Below are positions 55,601-64,000 of a stretch of DNA of 64,000 nucleotides, piece after piece. The stretch is from assembly GCA_000708835.1 (NCBI GenBank), contig DF237456.1, positions 2,950 through 66,949 of the forward strand, written 5' to 3'. This stretch comes from Klebsormidium nitens. Its lineage: Eukaryota > Plantae > Klebsormidiophyceae. The position numbers were made by a program, and so were the translations under genes. The stretch's first letter is position 1. Every line of letters begins with the position of its first letter. The notes under the pieces are model-generated. The model searched no databases and was not told where the DNA came from. It saw nothing but the letters and a program-made list of their open reading frames with translations.

Positions 55601-58600
55601 CTTGGCGGACACAAACGGATAAACGAAACGCTCAAATCTTAGCGCCTAACATTGATTTCTGGAACAAATACACACGTGAGGGGGTATTTACAGATTGAAA
55701 CGTAGGCTATAAAGCAGATAAACGGTCCTACCTCCGTCTCAGCGCCTCCTCGGTGGTCAGTTGCCGGACGGCTTCGGACGCATCCCCCGAGTCCTCGCCA
55801 TGACTCTTCGCCTGCTTGGAAAAATGACATCACAATCGGCATCTCGATAACTTAATAAGGAGAACCAGTATTTTATGGGACAAACACGCTGCTGCTGTAA
55901 AGCGAGGAGGACGGCAAAGCGAAACGTAACTGGCCGCTTATTAGTCTTCAAAACGCTTCAAAATCATTGGTGGTTCCTTTTGGATGGAGTGCGCTTGAGA
56001 ACTGACTGAGCGTGGTTGGAAACAGCTACTTCCATCGCACTTGAAAGTCCGAAGTGTTGAGGGAGCTTCCTGTCAAGGTGACCCTTTTACATACAACCTT
56101 GGAAGTTTTCCGTTCTCCAGATTACTCCGTCACAAAGTGGCGAATAATTGGTTGGACTGCAAACACACCTGTATGAAATCAAGAAGGGCCCCAAGTGCCC
56201 TGTCCTGTCGCTGCGCAAGATTCAGCTGGGTCTCACAGCCTGGCACCCTTGATCGGCTGGTTGAGGGGTGGGCTGGTTCCAGAAGCCTAACTGGAGCGTG
56301 CGTTTCTAAGCGAGCGTTGGACGGAGACGCTGCGGGCGATTGCAACTGGCGCTCGGGCCACGGCAGAGGAGGCGCGTCCTCCTGCAGAGAGAGTGAGGTT
56401 GCGAGGATTGACGTCAGCAAGTGACGTCAGCTAGTGATTTGTGTATTCGCAATGCTGCAGGTGCCCTTCTTAACCTGTGCAATGGCATTCTGTCTTTATC
56501 GGAGGCCCTGATCCGGGTGTGGAGTGATGGACCGAGATGCCTTACGTATCATGCAATCATCAAAAATCCTGATTCCAGGCTGGCTTGCAAAAGTCGTTAA
56601 GAACGAAAAGGGGTTGGCTGACGGACAGAGCAACAGTCGGATCCATCTGCTCACTACACTCTCCGGTGCGCTGCAAAACAGGTTGCAGGTTCCCTCTTCA
56701 CTTTCGCAAGCAAACAAGTAACTTACGGCAGCTCTGAACACCTTCGAGTCTCATCCCACTCTCGGCCACTTCTTAAGGTGACCTTTCACAGAGCTCACCT
56801 CGTGACGTTGGGTGACGTGAAATGGGTCCAGTGGTGCAAGGGAGGGCTTTGACTCCTTAGCTGGCGCTGCCTCTGTTGACGCAGGTGTGACGTCATCCGC
56901 CGGCGGTCCCTGCTTCCGCTTGAAGAAGGGGTGGGTGGCCTTGCCGGCATTCAGCTTGGCGTGGGCCTACCAGAAGAAGTAGAACGAGTAACTCTCGTAT
57001 CTCTAGTGTGCCCTAACCGCAGAGTGCCTTAAGGAAGACGCCCAGGGGACGGGTGGGGTTGGCCTGGTGGTTAGGGTGGGTTGGGGTGCGGAGCGCATAC
57101 GTTTTGGGTTAGGCTGTTTAGTTTGGTGTCTCGGGGTCCCCGAACTGTTAGGGGCACACAGCTGTTAAGGCACAAAAGAGTTACCAGTATGAACGAGTCA
57201 CTGCCATATCCCGTCTGAGCGAAGACTGTTCCAAAATCCGGCTTGCTTCTGTAATTTCAATTGTCGCGAGCTTCGAAACCGCTGTAACGAGGATTTAAAG
57301 ATGAGGGAAAGCTGTCGTAGAAGGAGGGACGAGCATAGCAAGGAACAAACTGATCTATCAGGAGTAGACTTCAGTTTCTGATTTCGAGTCGCTCTCCTGC
57401 GCCACACTGATCGCGTAAGGAAAACCACATGCATGAGACATCCGGAGTTCTCATAGCAAACAACATTCTTGAATTTGGAGTCAAACGGAGCACCTACGAA
57501 GTATCCAAAGCTTAGCCTTAAGAGAAGGATAGAACCTCGTAACCATTCAGCAGCAGATGATCGCCACAGGGAACACAGGGAAAAGCAAGAACCCCTACCT
57601 CTTGGCTCTCCCTGATCGACGCCCTCAGATCCTCTTGCCTTTTGCGCATGGTGTCTAGCAGGCTTGGCGGCTTCTGCGTCTCTTCCCTCTCACTCCCACT
57701 CAGCACCACCACAACTTCCGTCCCATGTCCCGTCTCCATCTTTGCCTTCCGAACTCGTCCCCTCTTCTTCTTAGCTGGCGTGCCCCCTTCTGCAGCTTCA
57801 GCGCTTGCATCATGCCCATTCTCCATCTCGCTTACACCCTCCGCACTTGAGGCACCCCGTCTCTTCTCCTTGCTAGCCTTCAGCTTCCTCTCTTCTGCCC
57901 CCTTGGCCCGTTCTTCCCTAGCTAAGCGCTTCTTCTCGTCAGCCTGCTTTGCTTTCTCCTCCCGGGCCCGCTGCCGCTTCTCCTCAGTCTCCCGCTTCTT
58001 GTCTTCTTTGGCCTTTACAAGAAGGGCCTCTTTCTCAAGCTTTGCTTGTTCGGCGGCGGCGGCGGCCTCCTCTTGGAACCTCTTCTCCTCCTTCTTGGCC
58101 TCCTGAAGGCGCCGCTTGCGCTCGTTGGCTGTTAGGAAGATGTCCGGCACTGCACAAATACAAGTGCATTCTTGTAAACTTCCAGAGACTATTCTACAGA
58201 GTGACAAGACCGGTGCTAGAGACGAGCAATTTGATTTGCAAACATTTTGCGGGTTCAGGACGGCCCGAAAAGTGCCGCAGGAGAGTGATTGGAAGTGGAA
58301 GGTCTTGAATATGCCAAGCATGAGAGACTTTCGATATCTCTACAAGAGATGAGGGCGTCAATCAATCCACTGCTGCATCAGCCTCTGCAACTGACATCGA
58401 CAGGCAAAGCAAAAGATGGTGAAGCTTCCAGCGTAAGAACGCCACTGGTGGAACGAAAACGTCGGATGCGAGAGTTATGTTCCTTTCTTTGATTGGATGC
58501 AAGGTCTGTATTCTAGTGAATGGGAGCTTTCCTGGATTTGAAGAATATTCTGATGGACACAGAAATTGCAGATAATTGTTTGGATAGCTAAAGAGACCTG

Positions 58601-60103
58601 GGCGCAATTTTAGCACGCCGTACGGACGTCAATTCAATCATAAGCTCCCGGCCAGCAAAAATGATAAGTGACCTTGAACCCTTGAAGTGTGTTGCAAGAG
58701 TTTTTGCCAGCTCGAGAGCAGAGCCTACCTTTCATCACAGTCTGCTGAGTACCGGCATCTACTGCAGCCTTGGCGCTCGGGCCGGCGCCTTGCAGCAGTG
58801 CAGAAGAAAGCTGCTTCTCAACCTGTTGCATGCCGCCAGCAAGTCCGCCTTGATTCTCCTGCTTCTCAAAGGAGGCACTTTGAGAAGGCAATTGTGTCTC
58901 GGTCATAGGAGGGCGCATTTCGCTGTCGGGGTCAGCTTCCACTTGTCGCTGAAAAGAAACTGGCTCTGCCTGTTCCTCGTCGGCTTGCCCTTGCGATTTC
59001 GCATCCTTGCTTAGAGCTGCAGCATCACATTTGCCCCTTCCCAGCCTTTCAGAGGCGCCCTTTCCCCTATTCGGGGCCTCGCTCAGGGTGGCTTTTCTGG
59101 ACCTCCCACGCTTCCGTTTCGCTGGCGTCAGGGGCTCAGCTGCCCGAACTCCTTCGATCACCCCTGCTGATCCTTCCCTCCTGCTGGCTTCCTTCCCTGT
59201 CGACTTCTCTGCCGCTGCATCTTCTAGAATCCCCTCCTCTCCTGCCGCGTTCAAGGGCTTCTCCTCTTGCACATACCCTCCCATATCCTGTATGTTTCCA
59301 ACAACCACCGTCTCCATCTTGCTCTTCACCCCGCCTACAAAAACGGTCTCAGATTGTAGAAGCCCCCCCCGACCATCCGGCTCAGCAACCCCTCCTAGTT
59401 TGGCGTCCACAGTTTGATTACTCGGCAGTTTCAAGCTCCCAATCTGCAGCTCCCTTTCAACCTCTCCGTAGTTCCGGGGGGGCTCCTTGTTCTCCAGCCC
59501 AACAAGCACCGCTTCTCCCTTCTCAACCCTCTTCCTCTTTGACCCCTTCCCTGCGCCGAGCGGCCCCGCATTCGCAGGGTTTTCCTGTGTCCCCTGCGAC
59601 TTGGAGAAAGACTTCTCCTTTGGGACTCGAGTCTTTTTCGGAAGAAAGAGCGGCGCCAGTTTCGAAGAAGGATCCCCATCTCCTGCTTTGACCACTGCAG
59701 CTGCTTTGAGTGCTCTCATTTCATTCACTGTCTCCATTTGGTTGTAAGTTAGATCCTCCCTGCACGGCGTCCCTTCCTTCGCAGGCGCTCCTTCTCCTTT
59801 ATCAAACTCAGGTTGCCCATCAACATCTGCCACCACCTGCGATTCCTCCTTTCGCCTCCGGCGCTGCTCCTTGCTCAGGAAGATTGAAGCAACCGCGAGT
59901 GGCGGCCTTACTACAACTGAGTTAGCGGCCGCTCTCCGCTGCTCTGGGCCCTGGTCATCATGTCTCTTCCATGCGGAGCTTTCCACGAGACTCTTCTTGC
60001 CTATCTCTCCAGTGCTTGCTTCTTTTGAGTCAGGTGCTATTTGTTTATGATCAGGCCCCGCAAACCCCCCAGATTGTGCATCAATCGCCTTTGCTGCATC
60101 CAT
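46607..60103 (-). CDS. ATAD5: ATAD5/ELG1-like RFC-family PCNA unloader with an inserted PHD finger
   Basis: Exons approx.: 58729-60103 (start uncertain), 57599-58149, 56799-56966, 56169-56381, 55732-55814, 54825-54969 (LWCYKYRP), 54284-54535 and 53300-53359 (Walker A LLLSGPTG|VGKTATVYALAEEL), 52852-52934 (RFGEATES), 50849-52419 (LLLFEEVE..FEEDKGFLSAI...STKRPMILTCN), 50316-50410, 47284-49820 (GDMRK..QAQLW; PHD), an uncertain exon near 47100-47200, and last exon ~46607-46850. Confidence 0.88.
55168..55217 (+). repeat. C-rich telomere-like 50-bp element, copy 1 of an inverted pair
   Basis: cgctccgcacccgaacccaccctaacccccaccctaaccccacccgtccc; 45/50 identical to the reverse complement of 57046-57095. 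Confidence 0.9.
57046..57095 (-). repeat. G-rich telomere-like 50-bp element, copy 2 of an inverted pair
   Basis: Reverse complement is cgctccgcaccccaacccaccctaaccaccaggccaaccccacccgtccc. Confidence 0.9.
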
Positions 60104-60578
60104 CACCACCGGACCTTGTGCGCTCTGATCGAATACCAATCCGTCATCTCAAAGATGCAAAGTCTGGCCTGATACTACCCACTGCACAGCGGCAGACTCC
60201 TTCCTGGAAGATTTCCATGAAACACAAGTTGGACCCTTAATGGCCGTGTAGCTCACTAGTGCTGCCCCAATTCGAAGGGACTGTCTCAAGAAAACGGAGC
60301 TCGGAGAGAGTTGTTGTAACTTGTATTAGGTACTACCTATTAGGTAGGCAACTGTCACCGAGCAAAGGACCCGAGCAAAGTGACGTGCTTCAAAAACTCT
60401 ACCGAATGCAAGTCAAAAGGACGAAGTCAGCCTTAATATGTAAATGAGGCATGCATACAGCGAAGCATTGGGGGTGGAAGACTAGCTAGGTACCTACTCA
60501 TTTGACATCATTGTGAGCAGATTTTTGCGCCTTTTCAAAAGGCTCGAACTTCAAGTTCAAGGTCAAATTTTAAAGTGA

Positions 60579-60590
60579 TTCCCGCGAAAA
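60579..60590 (-). promoter_or_regulatory. E2F-type site upstream of ATAD5
   Basis: ttcccgcgaaaa (reverse TTTTCGCGGGAA) resembles the E2F consensus TTTSSCGC. A telo-box-like aaaccctaa lies at ~60637. Confidence 0.55.
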
Positions 60591-60671
60591 AAACTCCAAA
60601 CCCTACCTAGGTATCTGCCTGTAGCAGGCCTGAGAAACCCTAAACCAGTAAAAAGGCCACCGGAGAAAATA

Positions 60672-60771
60672 GTACCTGGCAGGTACGTACCGGTAGATTC
60701 ACAAGGTACGCCGGCGGCCCCGTATGTACTGTACACTGGAGTCTACTATCGGTAAGTAGGTACCCAGGTAC
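60672..60771. promoter_or_regulatory. GTAC-dense cluster upstream of ATAD5
   Basis: GTAC at 60672, 60683, 60687, 60706, 60726, 60731, 60760 and 60768 (8 in 100 bp), plus 60490 and 60868. Confidence 0.4.
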
Positions 60772-61433
60772 CTGGCAACGGAAGTGTTCGAACTTCTGTG
60801 AACATCCAGAAGCGCCGGGCACATCAATTTAGAACCCCTAACCTGCAAACGTTCATGCTGGCGCTCAGTACCTCTACCCACCCTAACCACCAGACTAAAC
60901 CTACCCGTCTCCCGGGTGCTACCCTGGCAACTCCGTTTTAACATGGTAAAGCCGTCTGACGACGGCCACGGCTTGCCTCTTCTGACAATTGAAATCGGTG
61001 GAATGCGTGTGATCCGTCAAGCTGTCAGGTCCGGTAACTGAGCATATAATTTGTGAGCTAGCACTCATCAGTGAGCGGAATGGGAATGTTTCCTAGGGAA
61101 GTCTTGGAATCTCTCAGGCACCACTTGCCCGCCGTAATATGTACTTTTCATTCTAGGAGTTGCTAGGTCTATTGTGTTTGTCGTGTGAGCGTTTATAAGG
61201 TGTTCTTTCGTCACACCGTAGCTTTACATAGCCATCTGATAGCAATTGTAAGTAGCTCTTTCTAATTCAAATTGTTCGTTTCCTTGCGGTATCATTTCCA
61301 AAATTAAAACCTTGCACACTTGACGGTTTGGTAAGGCATCGTTTCTTACAGCACACAGAAGTCTGCTACTTAGCTGCCCACTGGATGTTATGACATGTTG
61401 GATCTACTCGCTCGCAGTCTACTACTGGTTCTT

Positions 61434-63310
61434 TTATGCTCGCCAGGACTTCACATTCACAAATACCATTGCTCTCTGCCCAGAGCTCAATGTTCGTATT
61501 TCAAAACGGGTCAGCGTCTTGAATCTGAGTGCACTTGTCTGGTTATCTACTTCGCATATTCTACGATTGCAACTACCGTCGTGGTTTGACATTGCAAGGC
61601 TGCTTGAATGCGTCCCTGGTTTGACGGCTTCGTGCAAGATGTTGAGCTTGTCGTCGTGCTAGAATCGCGTTCGATGAATTGCCGGGCATAGCACACAAAT
61701 TGTGCTGAGCAGGTCCTCTGCCTACAGAGCATACGGCATGAGAAATCATTAGAAGCTCTCCAGGATTCCGCAATACCGTGGGCGTCGCAATCGGCAAGCA
61801 CGGAAGGCGCTTATGTCTAACGAAAACTGTCTCAGCGAAGGATGCTGTGAATGCAGTCTTCTGAGTTCTTTGCTAGGAATTTCAGCAATGAGGAAATAGG
61901 CCTTCTGCATATCTTAGGGTGACCCTCGGTAGGGACTCTTACCTCCAGCTGTCCTAATTGCTGCAGTTGCGCACCCTCGATGCCGAACAGGTCGTACAGT
62001 TGCCTGAGTACCTTGAATGAAACGTCGCAGCCTTGTCCTTCACGTAGCGGATTAGGTAATGTTGATCGTACAGCATGTCGTAATCGTACCCTGGAGGATT
62101 CCACGTGCGTGAAATTTCGCGGAGAAGACCTGCAAGGTGTGAGTAGAATCAACTGGGTCAATTCTTGCTACTCTTTTGTCTGACTTCTCCACTTGCTCTG
62201 ACGGGTATGAGACGAGCTGCTTCTACCGGTTCTTTCTTTATAGAAATGGGAAATTCAATCTCTGCTTTCCTTCCTTCTTAAGCAAGCTTCTCTGTAAGGA
62301 ATCCTTAGCCAGGCTGGTTAGCAGACGTGTTTGTCATGTGATTGGACAAAGAACCGGTATCTAGCCTTCGTCAGGGCTCTTTGCTGCCTAACTTTGATTG
62401 TTGGACAACTAGCCGTTTTTTAATCAGCCCGTAGTTTTCACGGTTAAGGGCTTAAAAGTGCTGTGCTTCATTCATATGCGATGATAGAGCTGCAGCACCA
62501 CAGAGGTTCGACCATGCAATTCAGCTCACCGTCAGCGACTTCCTGCGGTTCGTTGGCATTGCGTGTCGCTTGGAAAGCTCGCACCTTTGCGCGCGCATCG
62601 GCGATGAATGCTCGGAGTTCCTGTTTGCTCCGTCGGCACTTCGCGCACGAACTTGGTCCCGGCGGCCTCCATTGCGTGCAGAGATTTTTCGAAGCGCGGC
62701 GAAGTTGGTCTAGATGAAAGCGATGTCTGCTGAGGTTTGAGAATGTTTCTGTTTGCGAGAGCGTAAGAAGAGAGCTTGTTCTCCGAAAGTAGGTTGCGTT
62801 TGAGAGGGATTGTAAGAAGTTGGTCTTGCTGGTGTCCGTAAGCTGCGCAGAAGTTTGCTAACCGGTGCAGAAGAGGTTTGCTCATGCACGAAGTAGAAGA
62901 AAGCGAAGAAGTCGAAAGACACAGATGGCGTCGGCGTTCTGTGTGAATTTCTGAGTGCGTAACATACGAGGTGAAGTCATACGAGAAGGTGTCAATTTTC
63001 GAGGAAGTCGTAAGACCCAGAAGATTGGCTGACGATAAATTCATAATCTTCCGTACAACATGATTCGAAAGTACGACGCGATCGCTGGCGCGCGCATCGG
63101 ATTGCTCATTTTCGGAACGAGGCGCATGCACGTGCGTCATTAACTTCGCCTGACAGCTCGACAGCGCATTCTGACGTTCGCGCACAACTAGGCTGGCGAC
63201 AAGTGCTGATGAGGAACAGCCTGCTCAACAGAATCGGTTTGCTAGTGAAACACAACATTATTGCAGAAACTTACCCGTCGGTTTTGCTGGACTAGCTTCT
63301 TGTGGAGTCA
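61434..63310 (-). pseudogene. Degenerate spliced coding remnant downstream of the endonuclease ORF
   Basis: Phase-compatible candidate exons: one ending at 63275 (|gtaag), 62530-62709, 61943-62129 (internal frameshift) and one from 61721 (in-frame TAG). Confidence 0.35.
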
Positions 63311-64000
63311 ACTGTAGCAGCAACCATTGAAAGGAAGGCGGAGCTGAACGTGTAACGGAGAGTGGTCGCTCCAGTACGCCTCTAAATTTCGTGCTGTTCC
63401 TGCAGACATAAGACTGCGCGAAAGCCATACATGATCAAGCAAGGATCCCTGATTTGTGGTAGCAATCGAATTGACCAAATGACAATCGCAAGTGCGCATT
63501 AGACGTACTAGTTGATCGGATGCACTATTGCTTTCTAGCAGATTGATATTGAAGTCGCCGGCAATCAGGAGCCGAGGATCTGACTGCAATGATCGTTGTC
63601 TAACCTCTAGAATCGACTGATGTAAGTGGCACAAGAAATCCGCTACATCTGTTTCAGACGGTGATCGATACAAAGCAATAGCATAGAAATCTAGCCCCTG
63701 CTGGCCGCGGACGTGCAAGGATAGAATCTGAGTTCTCAGTTTGCTCACGGCTGACAGCAAGCTTACGCACGAACAGAAGACGTCGTTTTTGACGAACACC
63801 AGAACGTTGTCAAAACCGTCTCGCACTGAGCAATTAGCATCAGCGCGAATAACCTTGAAATCTGCTTCTTCTAGAATGCTCAAAGGTAAAGCCGGAGACG
63901 ACCGTGTTTCTGTCAGAATGAGAAGTTGTGCACGACAGAAATTTGGGTCGGCAAACACGTCAGCAGAATGCAAGCGAAATGACCGGACGTTGAAACGTTC
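63308..64000 (-). mobile_element. APE-like (EEP) endonuclease ORF, open at the window edge; likely C-terminal EN of a Helentron/Helitron2 Rep-Hel-EN protein
   Basis: Motifs FNVRSF..H..D, LTET, YRSP, IAGDFNIN, TTNQGSLLDHVW and YWSDH, followed by a stop; no reverse transcriptase downstream. Confidence 0.7.

Noticed and set aside
60944-60975. Hairpin gccgtc-tgac-gacggc as a Helitron 3' terminus
   Set aside because: No CTRR end at the expected distance, and the 6-bp stem is too short to be diagnostic.
62532-63185. 217-aa ORF considered as Fanzor/TnpB-like cargo
   Set aside because: No RuvC (DPG, E, DRD.NAA.NI) or zinc-finger motifs; a different frame with splice sites looks more protein-like.
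63308-64000. LINE (L1/Tx1) retrotransposon interpretation of the EN
   Set aside because: The ORF stops right after the SDH motif and no RT follows on the same strand.

Overview
Eukaryotic, intron-rich genomic DNA; gene content and splice style suggest a streptophyte alga such as Klebsormidium (inference). I assembled these spliced genes by hand from GT/AG junctions and reading-frame continuity: a 5'-partial hypothetical gene with a possible BEN-like fold (+), CCT3 (-, 14 exons, 555 aa), SPT6 (+, 26 exons, ~1618 aa) head-to-head with CCT3, a small F-box gene (+), a single-domain peptidyl-serine galactosyltransferase-like gene (-), CFAP20/BUG22 (+), an intronless MAX2-like F-box/LRR gene (+), an ATAD5/ELG1-like clamp unloader with an inserted PHD finger (-), and at the right edge an APE-type endonuclease ORF of Helentron/Helitron2 type followed by degenerate exons (-). 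Two signals stand out. (1) A spliced 68-aa membrane microprotein ORF ends only 47 nt before the CFAP20 start codon, implying a bicistronic or uORF-controlled mRNA. (2) There are pervasive 'junction echoes': degenerate tandem copies of exon ends together with their splice sites, lying in adjacent introns at mostly ~110-200 bp spacing, at more than a dozen junctions in four genes. Family assignments rest on motif recognition from memory, not database searches.
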